From NCBI GenBank assembly GCA_035536015.1, contig DATLOY010000003.1:1-55111 (forward strand): 55,111 nt of DNA. Direction: 5' to 3'. Shown piece after piece: positions 1 to 9,361 of this stretch. Under the pieces are notes generated by a model. It had not been told where the DNA came from. It saw only the letters and a program-made list of their open reading frames with translations, and ran no database searches. The DNA is from Sphingomicrobium sp. GTDB lineage: Bacteria > Pseudomonadota > Alphaproteobacteria > Sphingomonadales > Sphingomonadaceae. Numbering within the stretch: the first letter of the stretch is position 1; each line of letters starts with the position of its first letter. A program made the position numbers and the translations under genes.

Positions 1-3000
1 GGTCAGCGTCGACAGGCGCTTGCCCGGCGGCTGGGCCATGATTTCGAGGCCCGCCTCAAGCGGATCGTCGCTTTCGACCAGCTCGAGATGCGCCTGGCCT
101 CCTTCGAACAGGGTCGTGAAGAGCCTGCGGAAATGCGCGTCGACCTTTTCGTAGGCGTCGAGGAGCCGCACACGGCCTTCGCGATTGAGGTTGCCGATGG
201 AGCCGCGCAGGCGGTGGATGGCCTGGGTCAGTTCTTCGGCCTCTTCGGCCCCTTTGGTGCGTGACTGGTCGAGCTCGGACAGCTCCTGCTCCGCCACAAG
301 ATTGACTGGGCCGATGCGTTCACGCTCGGCGGTCAGCCGCTCCAGCGAAGCCGCTTCCTCGTCGGCGTTGCGGACTTCGCCGGGATCGAACGAGAGTTTC
401 TCGGGAAGGCGCTGCGGCAAACATTCGAACTTTTCGGCGCAGGTCCGCGCGAACTCCGCGCTTCGGGCCTGCTGTGCTTCGGCGCGAGCCAGCGCGCCCG
501 CCCGGCGCTCGCGTGCGCCCGCGAAGCGTTCGCCAGCGGATTGAACCTCGGCTGCGGCCCCTGCGAGCGCTCGCTCCGCCTCTTGCTCTGCGGACGACGC
601 CTCCCCGATCTTCACCTGGCTCTCCGAATTGGCGCGTTCGAAGTCGGCGATCTGGCGATCCAGCTCGGCAGGTTCGCTTTCCAGCTCCTTGCGCTCTGCT
701 GCTTGCTCAGCCTGCCGCTGCCTGGCTTCGCCCAGCCGCCGCTCGGCATCATTCTGGCGACGGCGCCATTCGGCCTGCTCGCGCGCTGCGGTGCTGAGCC
801 GTTCGCGATCGGCGGCCGTCTCGCGGGCTTTGGTGGCGGCTTCGGCCCGCTTGTCCGCAACGGCGGTCGCAGCGACAGCCGCCGAAGCACGTGCGGTTTC
901 CACGCTAGCTTCGAGACCCGCCGGATCGGGAAGCGCGGACAGCGCCCGCTCGGCCGCGGCGAGCGAATCCCTCGCCGCATCCAGCACCGGGTCGAGATCG
1001 GTCTGCCGCTGAGCGAGCGCCGAGCGCTGAGCATCGATCCGTTCGAGCGCGGCAGACGCCGCATCGATCGCACGTGCGGCATCGCGTGCCTCATGCTCGG
1101 CCTGGGCCGATGCGGAACGCGCCTGTTCGGATTCCGTCCGAAGGCGCTGCATCTCCGCGAGTGATTTGTCGCGCTCCTTGGTCGCGCTGGCCACCGACCC
1201 CTCGAGCCCCGGGATCTCGTCCGCCAGCTCCGCAAGGCGATTGGCGCGCAGCAATCGCTCAGCCGCCGCGGCGCCTGAACCGGCCGCAATGAATCCATCC
1301 CAACGACGCAGCCGTCCGTCGCGGGTCACCAGCCGCTGGCCGACGGCAAGCGATTGCCCCGAATCTTCGTCAACGACTGCGATCTGCCGCAGACGCCGGG
1401 CCAGCTCGTCCGGCGCGCTCACATGGTCGGCAAGGCATTCCGTTCCAGCCGGAAGCGGGGGATCGTCGGCCGAGACATCGCTTCCCTGCCAGCGGCGCGG
1501 CGAGTCTCCACCGATTGCGGCGTCGGCATCCTCGCCAAGCGCGGCGGCGAGCGCGCGCTCATATCCTGGTTCGGCTTTGAGGCTGGCGATCGCCGCACCA
1601 CCGCCATGCTCGAGGGCCCGGGCAAGCGCGTCATGCTCGGACCTTGCGGCTGAAAGCGCCGCTCGGATCGAAGCGAGTTGGCTTTCGGCGGCGTCGCGCC
1701 GGTCTGCCGCAGCCGACCGTCCCTGCTCCGCCTGCACCCGCTGAGCCTCGGCCTCCTCCAGCGCGGATGCCGCGGCCGCTGCGCGCTGTTCGGCATCTTT
1801 CCGGGTGGCTCTTTGCTCGCTTCCGTCGCCGAGCGCGCCGAGCTGCTGCTTAAGCCTGTCGCGTTCCTGCTCGGTCCGGCCCAGCTGAGCACGTGCTGCT
1901 TCGAGCGCGGCATCGGCCACGCGCCGCTCGGCCCGCATTGCCGCCTGACGCGCGAGAATTTCGGCGAGCGCGGCTTCCGCTTCCCGCGACGCAGCCTCGG
2001 CGGTCGTCAGCTCGCCTGCGATGCGGCCCGATTGGGCTTCGGCGTCGGCAAGCCGCCGTTCGATGACCGACCGCTCTTCATCGAGCTGGGCGATCGCGCG
2101 TTCGGCGTCGCTGTGCAGTGCCTGTTCCCTGGCGACATCGGTTTCGAGTGCCGCGTCGAGCCGGTCGAGTTCGGCCAGGCGACGGGACACCGTATCGCGG
2201 CGTGCCCGCGCAGTTGCCAGCTCGTGTGCCAGCTCGTGACCAGCCTCGCGCGCTTGCGCCAACGCATTGCGTCGTTCCGCAAGCTCGGTTCCGGCCCGCT
2301 CCTGCGCAGCCTGGAGTTCGGCCATCGCCGTTTGAAAGCCTGCAACTTCCGCCTCGGCCGCGCGCGCGTCCGCAGTCGCGGCTTCGGCCGCGCGTTCCGC
2401 TTCGGCCCAGCGCGCATGAAGCAAGCGCGCTTCAACCAGCCGGATCTGATCGGTGACCTTGCGATAGCGTTCGGCTGCGCGGGCCTGACGGCGAAGCTGG
2501 GCCGCGCGCTGCTCCTGTTCGGACAGGATTTCGCTCAGCCGGGTGAGGTTGGCCTCCGTCGCACGCAGCTTCTGCTCGGCGTCCTTGCGTCGGGCGTGCA
2601 GGCCGGAAATACCTGCCGCTTCCTCCAGGAGCAGCCGCCGCTCCACGGGTTTGGCGGAGATGATCGAGCTGATCTTGCCCTGGCTGACCAGCGCCGGTGA
2701 GTGAGCCCCCGTCGCCGCATCGGCAAACAGCAGCGCCACGTCCTTCGCCCGAACGTCACGGCCATCGATCCGGTAGGCAGAACCCGCATTGCGCTCGATT
2801 CGGCGAGTGATCTCGCTTTCTCCCGCGCCGCCGTCATCGCCGGAGTCGCGTTCGATCAGGATCGAAACCTCCGCGAAGTCGCGCGGGGGCCGGGACGCCG
2901 TGCCGGTGAAGATCACATCCTCCATCCCGCCGCCGCGCAGCGACTTGGGGCTGGATTCGCCCATCGTCCAGCGGATCGCTTCCAGGAGGTTGGACTTGCC

Positions 3001-3105
3001 GCAGCCGTTCGGGCCGACGACGCCGGTTAGGCCAGGTTCAATGCGCAGCTCAGTAGGCTCGACGAAGCTCTTGAAACCGCTGAGCTTGAGCCGCCTTATC
3101 CTCAA
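1..3105 (-). CDS. smc: Chromosome segregation protein SMC (3' end runs off the window)
   Basis: Manual translation from TTG at 3105: MRIRRLKLSGFKSFVEPTELRIEPGLTGVVGPNGCGKSNL (Walker A), then long Ala/Glu/Arg coiled coil. The same frame at the window edge reads GLEIMAQPPGKRLSTLT, just before the ABC signature. Missing from the ORF track because its stop lies outside the window. Confidence 0.97.
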   Translation of the reverse strand, partial: MRIRRLKLSGFKSFVEPTELRIEPGLTGVVGPNGCGKSNLLEAIRWTMGESSPKSLRGGGMEDVIFTGTASRPPRDFAEVSILIERDSGDDGGAGESEITRRIERNAGSAYRIDGRDVRAKDVALLFADAATGAHSPALVSQGKISSIISAKPVERRLLLEEAAGISGLHARRKDAEQKLRATEANLTRLSEILSEQEQRAAQLRRQARAAERYRKVTDQIRLVEARLLHARWAEAERAAEAATADARAAEAEVAGFQTAMAELQAAQERAGTELAERRNALAQAREAGHELAHELATARARRDTVSRRLAELDRLDAALETDVAREQALHSDAERAIAQLDEERSVIERRLADAEAQSGRIAGELTTAEAASREAEAALAEILARQAAMRAERRVADAALEAARAQLGRTEQERDRLKQQLGALGDGSEQRATRKDAEQRAAAAASALEEAEAQRVQAEQGRSAAADRRDAAESQLASIRAALSAARSEHDALARALEHGGGAAIASLKAEPGYERALAAALGEDADAAIGGDSPRRWQGSDVSADDPPLPAGTECLADHVSAPDELARRLRQIAVVDEDSGQSLAVGQRLVTRDGRLRRWDGFIAAGSGAAAAERLLRANRLAELADEIPGLEGSVASATKERDKSLAEMQRLRTESEQARSASAQAEHEARDAARAIDAASAALERIDAQRSALAQRQTDLDPVLDAARDSLAAAERALSALPDPAGLEASVETARASAAVAATAVADKRAEAATKARETAADRERLSTAAREQAEWRRRQNDAERRLGEARQRQAEQAAERKELESEPAELDRQIADFERANSESQVKIGEASSAEQEAERALAGAAAEVQSAGERFAGARERRAGALARAEAQQARSAEFARTCAEKFECLPQRLPEKLSFDPGEVRNADEEAASLERLTAERERIGPVNLVAEQELSELDQSRTKGAEEAEELTQAIHRLRGSIGNLNREGRVRLLDAYEKVDAHFRRLFTTLFEGGQAHLELVESDDPLEAGLEIMAQPPGKRLSTLT

Positions 3106-3128
3106 CCCAGGTTCCCCCGCTTCATCCG

Positions 3129-3830
3129 CTAGCCCTTCTCGCCGACCGCCTTGCGAAGCTTCGGCTCGAGCGTCTCCCAATCATAAGTGTCGTCCAGCAT
3201 TTTCCCATTGATGATGAATGCGGGGACGCCCTTGAAATTGGGATATTTGGCGTTCGCATCGGCGGCCATCTTGACCAATCCGTTCACTTCCGCCGCGTTC
3301 GCGAGGCACTGCCGACTCTTTTCCGCCGGCAACCCCTGGGCCGTCGCCCATTCCTGAAAGCCGGCGAATTTCGCAGCCTGCACGGCGATCTGGTCCGGAC
3401 CGGTCGAAAAGGCCTGCTGGAGTTGGTCCTCCGGGACAGATCGCGCTTTGTCCTCCCAGCTCTCCTGCTCCCTGAACAGCGCCTGCGTCAGCGGGAAAAA
3501 GGTCTTCGGGCCATTGCACCGCGCGACGACCGCGGCCGCGAGGTCGAAAGGATCGCGTACGTAATTTCGAAATTCAAAGCTGACTTTTCCGGTCTTCACA
3601 TATTTGTCGATCAGCTTCGGCGCACCGGCCTCGTCGAAGTCGCGGCAATGCGGACAGCTCATCGAGCCATATTCGACGAGTTTCACTTTCGCCTTGGGAT
3701 TGCCCATCTGGAACCCGCCCGCCGCTGTCTTGACGACGGTCTTCGTCCAGTCGGTCGCCCTGCCGGCGGCGCTAGCGCCTGCCGACGATCCCAAGGCAGC
3801 CAACGCAAGGGCAGCAGCGGCTAGCTTCAA
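3129..3830 (-). CDS. DsbA-family thioredoxin-fold protein (secreted)
   Basis: Signal peptide; EYGSMSCPHC; cis-Pro loop GVP; INGK. Confidence 0.9.
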   Translation of the reverse strand: MKLAAAALALAALGSSAGASAAGRATDWTKTVVKTAAGGFQMGNPKAKVKLVEYGSMSCPHCRDFDEAGAPKLIDKYVKTGKVSFEFRNYVRDPFDLAAAVVARCNGPKTFFPLTQALFREQESWEDKARSVPEDQLQQAFSTGPDQIAVQAAKFAGFQEWATAQGLPAEKSRQCLANAAEVNGLVKMAADANAKYPNFKGVPAFIINGKMLDDTYDWETLEPKLRKAVGEKG

Positions 3831-4585
3831 CGCAGCGCCTCTTTCAGCTTGGGCTCGAGCGCGGCCCAGGTGGCCGTTTCGTCGAGCAACTTCCCGTTGA
3901 TCACGAAGCCGGGCGTTCCCTTGAAGTCCGGATAGTCGTTCGTCACGTTGCCCGTAATTTCAACGAGCTTGTTCACCGTATCGGCATTGCCGAGGCACTG
4001 ATTGCTCTTCGCCGGCGCGAGGCCGCGAAGTGACGCCCAATCCTGCAGCCCGGCGAACTTTCCTGACTGGACCGCGATCTGGTTCGGCGGAAGATTCTGG
4101 AGCTGTTCAAGCTGATCCTGGGGAACGGTCTGGACCTTGCCGACCCAGTTCATCTGGTCCTTGTACAGGGCCCGCATCACCGGGAAGAAACTCTGGGCGC
4201 CGTTGCAGCGCGCGATCAGCGAAGCCGCAAGATCGAAGGGATCGCGCACATAGTTGCGGAATTCCCAGCTCACCTGGCCGTTCTTCACATAGTTCGCCAT
4301 CAAGGAGGGAACGCCCTCATCGTCGAAAGCCTTGCAGTGCGGGCAGGTCAGCGAGCCGAACTCGATCAAATGCACCTTCGCATTGGGGTTCCCCATCATG
4401 AAACCGCCGCCGGTCGTTTCACTCGTGACCGTCGTCCAGTCGCCGTTCGCCGGAGGTTGCACGGGTCTTACGGGCACGGAGGCCGTTCCGCCGCCGGTTG
4501 CGCTTGTGTTGTTGGCGGTGCCGCCTTTGTTGCAGGCCGCGAGCGCGATGGCTGCCGCTGCCCACAGGATCGTTCTTGCCTTCAT
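3827..4585 (-). CDS. DsbA-family thioredoxin-fold lipoprotein
   Basis: Lipobox LAAC; EFGSLTCPHC; GTPGFVING. Confidence 0.9.
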   Translation of the reverse strand: MKARTILWAAAAIALAACNKGGTANNTSATGGGTASVPVRPVQPPANGDWTTVTSETTGGGFMMGNPNAKVHLIEFGSLTCPHCKAFDDEGVPSLMANYVKNGQVSWEFRNYVRDPFDLAASLIARCNGAQSFFPVMRALYKDQMNWVGKVQTVPQDQLEQLQNLPPNQIAVQSGKFAGLQDWASLRGLAPAKSNQCLGNADTVNKLVEITGNVTNDYPDFKGTPGFVINGKLLDETATWAALEPKLKEALR

Positions 4586-4589
4586 CGGT

Positions 4590-5138
4590 TCATTTGCTCC
4601 GGATCATCTCGGGGAGAGGTCCGTCGTCGGGGGGGCCGATCGACGGCGGCCCGCTCGTAGCGGCAATTCGCGCCGCAAGCGACTCCAGACAGGTGCGCAG
4701 CTCCGGGTCGGCGATTTCGCGCAAACCGTCGCCCAATTCCTTCGGCACGGGCCGAAGCTCCGGTCGAACTGGCCTCGGGGGGTCGGTCGCGGGTCGTCCC
4801 TGGCGAAACACGACGCGGTTGATCGCCTCATAGCCGAAGAAGCGGTTGACGCGCTCCATGATCATCGGTGCCAGATGCTGGATCAGCGGTGCATGCGCGC
4901 CGTCGACCAGCAAGGTCAGCGCACCGCCTCCCTTCCTGCCGGTCGGGAAGCGGATCGATTCGGGCGATGAAACCCTGGCGTAACGATCGCCCACAATCTC
5001 CTTCCAGCGGCTGACGATCGAGCTCTGGATAAAGCCGAACCGCCGGAAGGATCGATCTCCGATCGCGCCCACGAGCTCACCCGCCGCGCGGGGACGGCAG
5101 CTGCGCTTGGATTCCTGGTCAGCCTTTCGCTTCGACAT
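4590..5138 (-). CDS. DUF721/DciA family protein
   Basis: GFIQSSIVSRWKEIVG...IMERVNRFFGY; conserved position between mutY and dsbA-smc; start taken at MSKRK. Confidence 0.85.
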   Translation of the reverse strand: MSKRKADQESKRSCRPRAAGELVGAIGDRSFRRFGFIQSSIVSRWKEIVGDRYARVSSPESIRFPTGRKGGGALTLLVDGAHAPLIQHLAPMIMERVNRFFGYEAINRVVFRQGRPATDPPRPVRPELRPVPKELGDGLREIADPELRTCLESLAARIAATSGPPSIGPPDDGPLPEMIRSK

Positions 5139-5165
5139 CGCCCTGGACCATGCCATAGCGGTGTC

Positions 5166-6170
5166 GTGACCGCCAATGCCGCAGCGCTCTTGATCCAACA
5201 TTATGTGGATAACTTCCGTGCGTTACCATGGCGTTCGCCGCCGGGTAGGCCGCGCGCGGACCCGTACCGGGTCTGGCTTAGCGAAGTGATGCTTCAGCAG
5301 ACGACGGTGGCAGCAGTGACGCCACGTTTCGAACGGTTCGTGGCGCGCTGGCCGACCATCGATTCGCTGGCATCGGCCAGGGACGAGGACATTCTCTCCG
5401 AATGGGCCGGTCTCGGCTATTATGCGCGGGCCAGAAACCTCATCGCTTGCGCCCGTGACGTGGCTGCCCGAGGCGGATTCCCAACGACGGCGGAAGAGCT
5501 TCGGAAGCTGCCCGGCCTTGGCGATTATACGGCGGCAGCGGTTGCGGCGATCGCGTTCGGCGAGCGCGCCGCGGCGGTGGACACCAACGTCGAGCGGGTG
5601 ATTTCCCGCCTCGAGGCGATCACGGCGCCCGACAGGGCTCGAATCAAGCGGCTGATGCTCGACATGATGCCGGCCGATCGGCCCGGCGACTTCGTCCAGG
5701 CGATGATGGACCTGGGCGCGACGATCTGCCGGCCCAGATCTCCCAATTGCACCGCCTGCCCGCTTGCGGGTTGCTGCAAGGCGTTCGCGACCGGCAAGCC
5801 GGCAGAATATCCCGCGCCCAGACGCAAGCCTGCCCGACCGCAGCGTTATGGCATCGCGTGGTGGATCGAGCGCGATGGTCATGTCTGGCTTGTCCGGCGA
5901 CCGGAAAAAGGGATGCTCGGGGGAATGGCGGCCTTGCCCGGGCCGGACTGGACGGATGAGCGTCAGGGCTCGGTCGAATCCATCGGAAAGGTGCGTCATG
6001 TCTTCACGCATTTCGCGCTGGAGCTTCAGGTCGAGCGTCGCGCCGATCCGACAAGGGAGGGTTGGTGGCACCCAATCGAACGGCTGGATGATGCGGGTCT
6101 TCCGACGCTCTACCGGCGCGCCGCCGAGCTGGCTTTGGCTGACCGGCCGCCGCGCCGCGCTGCCGCTTGA
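5166..6170 (+). CDS. mutY: A/G-specific adenine glycosylase
   Basis: PYRVWLSEVMLQQT, WAGLGYYARARN, HhH LPGLGDYTA, VDTNVER, FeS motif C-x6-C-x2-C-x5-C. Confidence 0.96.
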   Translation: MTANAAALLIQHYVDNFRALPWRSPPGRPRADPYRVWLSEVMLQQTTVAAVTPRFERFVARWPTIDSLASARDEDILSEWAGLGYYARARNLIACARDVAARGGFPTTAEELRKLPGLGDYTAAAVAAIAFGERAAAVDTNVERVISRLEAITAPDRARIKRLMLDMMPADRPGDFVQAMMDLGATICRPRSPNCTACPLAGCCKAFATGKPAEYPAPRRKPARPQRYGIAWWIERDGHVWLVRRPEKGMLGGMAALPGPDWTDERQGSVESIGKVRHVFTHFALELQVERRADPTREGWWHPIERLDDAGLPTLYRRAAELALADRPPRRAAA

Positions 6171-6243
6171 AGTAGGCCAAGCTCGACCGTAAGAGGCGCC
6201 GGAAATCCAATCACGTCGCTTCCGAAAAAATCAGGGAAAATTC

Positions 6244-6948
6244 ATGGACGATCGCTTCAACACCATCGCCGGCTGGGTGCTGTTCGCAGGCATTGTCGCG
6301 CTCGGCTCATCGATCGTCGCGAGCGAGGCTTTCCACAGCGAGAAGCCGGAAAAGCCGGGCTATCCCATCGAAGGCGCCGAGACGGAAGGCGCCGGCGGAG
6401 CCGAGGCCGAGCAGCCGATCGAGGCTTATCTCGCCAAGGCCGATCCGGCGAAGGGCGGCGACGTCTTCAAGAAGTGCATGGCTTGCCATAATGCCGACAA
6501 GGGCGGTCCGAACCAGCTCGGTCCGAACCTTTGGGGCGTGCTCGGTGAGCCGATCGGCCAGGGCAAAGGCTTTGCCTTCTCCGACGCCCTCTCGAAGAAG
6601 GGCGGAAACTGGGATTGGGACAGCCTCGGCCAGTGGCTGAAGAGCCCGAAGGCCTTTGCTCCGGGAACCAAGATGACCTTCGCGGGCCTCGGCAACCCGC
6701 AGGATCGCGCCAACGTCATCGCATTCCTGAACCAGCATAGCGATGGGCCGAAACCGCTTCCCGCCGCCCCTGCCGCAGCTGCACCCGCGGCAGCCGGCAA
6801 GGCGCCCGGCACCGGCCCGAACAACGGCCCGCAGGTTGCCGGCAAGGAGCCGGTCCTGACGGAGCAGCAGGTCGGCAAGAACCCGAAGAATGTCGGCGGG
6901 GAGGGCGCTCCGAAAGTCGCCGGTCCGGCAGGCGCCAAGACGCCCTAA
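6244..6948 (+). CDS. Membrane-anchored class I cytochrome c (CycM/cytochrome cy-like)
   Basis: N-terminal TM helix, CMACH, GPNLWGV, GTKMTFAG, Ala/Pro-rich C-terminal tail. Confidence 0.92.
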   Translation: MDDRFNTIAGWVLFAGIVALGSSIVASEAFHSEKPEKPGYPIEGAETEGAGGAEAEQPIEAYLAKADPAKGGDVFKKCMACHNADKGGPNQLGPNLWGVLGEPIGQGKGFAFSDALSKKGGNWDWDSLGQWLKSPKAFAPGTKMTFAGLGNPQDRANVIAFLNQHSDGPKPLPAAPAAAAPAAAGKAPGTGPNNGPQVAGKEPVLTEQQVGKNPKNVGGEGAPKVAGPAGAKTP

Positions 6949-7847
6949 CTGCCGTCCGATCCATGGTTTAGGGCGCAGGGCGACCGCTCATCGCGGTCGT
7001 AGAAGCGGCAGACGAAGTCCCACGCCTCCTCGGCTTCTTCGCACCAATGGAAAAGGTCGAGGTCGTGCGGAGCGATCACGCCTTCTTCGACCAGCGCATC
7101 GAAATTGACCACTTTCGTCCAGAATTCGCGGCCGAACAGCAGGATCGGCAACGGGCGCACTTTTCCGGTCTGGACCAGAGTCAGAAGCTCGAAAAATTCG
7201 TCGAACGTGCCGTAGCCGCCCGGGAAAACCGCGACTGCGCGGGCGCGGAGAAGGAAGTGCATCTTCCTCAGCGCGAAATAGTGGAACTGAAAGCTGAGGT
7301 CGGGCGTGACGTAACGGTTCGGGAGCTGCTCGTGCGGAAGCACGATGTTCAACCCTATCGTCTCGACGCCCTCCTCGATCGCTCCGCGGTTGGCCGCTTC
7401 CATGATCGACGGTCCGCCGCCCGAACAGACGACAAAATGGCGATTGCCTTCATCGTCGAGAGCCGTGCGGCTGGCGATCTTCGCAAGTTCTCGCGCGACC
7501 TCATAATATTTGGACTTGGCCTTCAACCGCTCGGCAATCTCTTCCTGCTGCGGATTGGTTGCCGCGGCGACCAACGCGTCAGCCTTTTCAGGCGCCGGTA
7601 TCCTCGCCGAGCCATAGAAGACCATGGTCGAGGCGATCTTGGCTTCGTTGAGCAGCAGCTCCGGCTTCAGCAGCTCGAGCTGGAAACGCACGGGACGCAA
7701 ATCTTCCCGGAGAAGAAAGTCGATATCCTGGAAGGCGAGCTTGTAGGCTGCGCTCTCCGTCTGCGGCGTGGAAGGAACGTGGCTGGCGGCGTGCGCGTCG
7801 ACTTTTGACGTCGGGAAAATGCGCTTCGGCGGTACTGCATCAGTCAT
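6945..7847 (-). CDS. LOG family (TIGR00730-like) nucleotide phosphoribohydrolase
   Basis: YGSAR, SGGGPSIMEAANRGA, PGGYGTFDE motif. Confidence 0.9.
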   Translation of the reverse strand: MTDAVPPKRIFPTSKVDAHAASHVPSTPQTESAAYKLAFQDIDFLLREDLRPVRFQLELLKPELLLNEAKIASTMVFYGSARIPAPEKADALVAAATNPQQEEIAERLKAKSKYYEVARELAKIASRTALDDEGNRHFVVCSGGGPSIMEAANRGAIEEGVETIGLNIVLPHEQLPNRYVTPDLSFQFHYFALRKMHFLLRARAVAVFPGGYGTFDEFFELLTLVQTGKVRPLPILLFGREFWTKVVNFDALVEEGVIAPHDLDLFHWCEEAEEAWDFVCRFYDRDERSPCALNHGSDGS

Positions 7848-7882
7848 GACGCAGCACCGCCTAGCGGCATTAAGCTACAGCG

Positions 7883-9268
7883 TCACGCTGCTTCCGCTCT
7901 CGCCTTGGCGCCCCAGTCGATGCGCCGGGTCGCGTACATCACCCCGGCAAGCGCGGCGAAGAGCAGCAGCGATCCGATCAGCAGCGAGAAGGCCTCGAGG
8001 CTGAGCAGGATGTAGAGGACGGCGTAGAGTCCAATCAGAAGGCCGCCGATGAAGGCTGCTCGCCTCCAGCTTGAGAGCACCGCGGCCGAATAAGCCGTGT
8101 TGAGGCCGGCGATGGCAGCGGACGCCAGGATGTAGGCTGGCGTGAAGCCGATGATCTCCGCGAATGCCAGAAGGAGCACGAAGAACAGAATCAAGGCCGC
8201 GCCCATCAGCAAATATTCGACCGCCGACACGCGCACTCCGCCGATCACGTCGAACATCAGCAGCGCGAGGAAAGTGAAGCCGATGAAGAGGAAGCCGTAT
8301 TTGGTCGCGCGGTCGACCTGGGAATAGAGGTCGACAGGCTGCATCAGGCTGATCTGGGCCGTGAGAAGAGGGCCTTCGTTCGTGCCACTCTCCCGCGCGT
8401 CAGGCGAAGGAGAGGAGATTCGCTGAATGATATTGGACTCGCTGTCGCTGCCAGCCAGCGAGCGGCCGAGGGCCAGATTGCCGACACGATAGGTGGCAGC
8501 GAACCCCTGATCGCCGATCTTTCGCTCGATCGGGAGGAAGCCGCCTCCGAAGCTCGGATGCGGCCAGGACGAGCGCACAGTCCATCGCGTGTCGCCGGCG
8601 TGTGGGGCGAGGGCGAGCGTGGCGTTTCCGCGAAAGTCGTAGGCGAAATCGACGATGAGCGGTTGGCTGCCGAGGTCGCGCACATCCAACCAGGTGAAGA
8701 AGCCCCGCCCATCGGCACTGCCGCTGCCGCCACCCGGCTCAAGCTGCAGCGCACGGCCATTTGCCGATACCTGCGGGTTGGCACCAAGACCCCGCGGATC
8801 GCTTAGCCCGAAGCGCAGCTCGCCGCGCGCCTGGTTTTGATCGGAGGGATCGATGCCGGAATCGGGTGGCAAGACGAAGCGAGCGCGCCCGTGCACGCGC
8901 GCATCGTAGACCACTCCTTCGTAGATCGATCGCTTACGCACTTCGGGCCGGACATCGGTTGAAAGGTCGACCTGCTCGGGGGCGAGAGTCAGTTCATGGC
9001 GCGCCTGCTTCGTGCGAACGACGCTTTGCCCATTTACGACGACCGTCTCTGTCTCGTCCGTGTAATAAGGGATGACGAGCAGGGGCCCTGCCATCGTCTG
9101 GGGTCCACCCCAGCCCTCCGTGATTGACCGCGAGGCCTCCTCCGATTGGCTTTGCCGGTCGTAGACGAGCAGCCACACCGAAAAGAGTGGGATCGTCAGT
9201 ACCAAGCCCACCAGAATTGTCAGGAATAGCTTGGACGCCGGAGTTCGCTCGCCTTCTATTTTGTACAC
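7883..9268 (-). CDS. creD: Cell envelope integrity inner membrane protein CreD
   Basis: WGGPQTMAGP, WPHPSFGGGFLP, VDLYSQVDRATKYGFLFI, C-terminal TM bundle; GTG start after GGAG. Confidence 0.92.
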   Translation of the reverse strand: MYKIEGERTPASKLFLTILVGLVLTIPLFSVWLLVYDRQSQSEEASRSITEGWGGPQTMAGPLLVIPYYTDETETVVVNGQSVVRTKQARHELTLAPEQVDLSTDVRPEVRKRSIYEGVVYDARVHGRARFVLPPDSGIDPSDQNQARGELRFGLSDPRGLGANPQVSANGRALQLEPGGGSGSADGRGFFTWLDVRDLGSQPLIVDFAYDFRGNATLALAPHAGDTRWTVRSSWPHPSFGGGFLPIERKIGDQGFAATYRVGNLALGRSLAGSDSESNIIQRISSPSPDARESGTNEGPLLTAQISLMQPVDLYSQVDRATKYGFLFIGFTFLALLMFDVIGGVRVSAVEYLLMGAALILFFVLLLAFAEIIGFTPAYILASAAIAGLNTAYSAAVLSSWRRAAFIGGLLIGLYAVLYILLSLEAFSLLIGSLLLFAALAGVMYATRRIDWGAKARAEAA

Positions 9269-9361
9269 GATCTCAATCTCCCTGTTTGGTCGGCACAGAC
9301 TTTCGCAGGAAGCCATGATCGTCATGAGGGGGGTGTGAGGAATTCGTGATGAGCGCGCGTT

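Noticed and set aside
500-2450. Repetitive GCG/CGC-rich sequence
   Set aside because: Explained by Ala/Glu/Arg coiled-coil codons of SMC, not a DNA repeat array
185-3030. Many + strand ORFs (for example 1678-2700, 340 aa)
   Set aside because: Antisense shadows of smc caused by high-GC codon bias; no recognisable motifs
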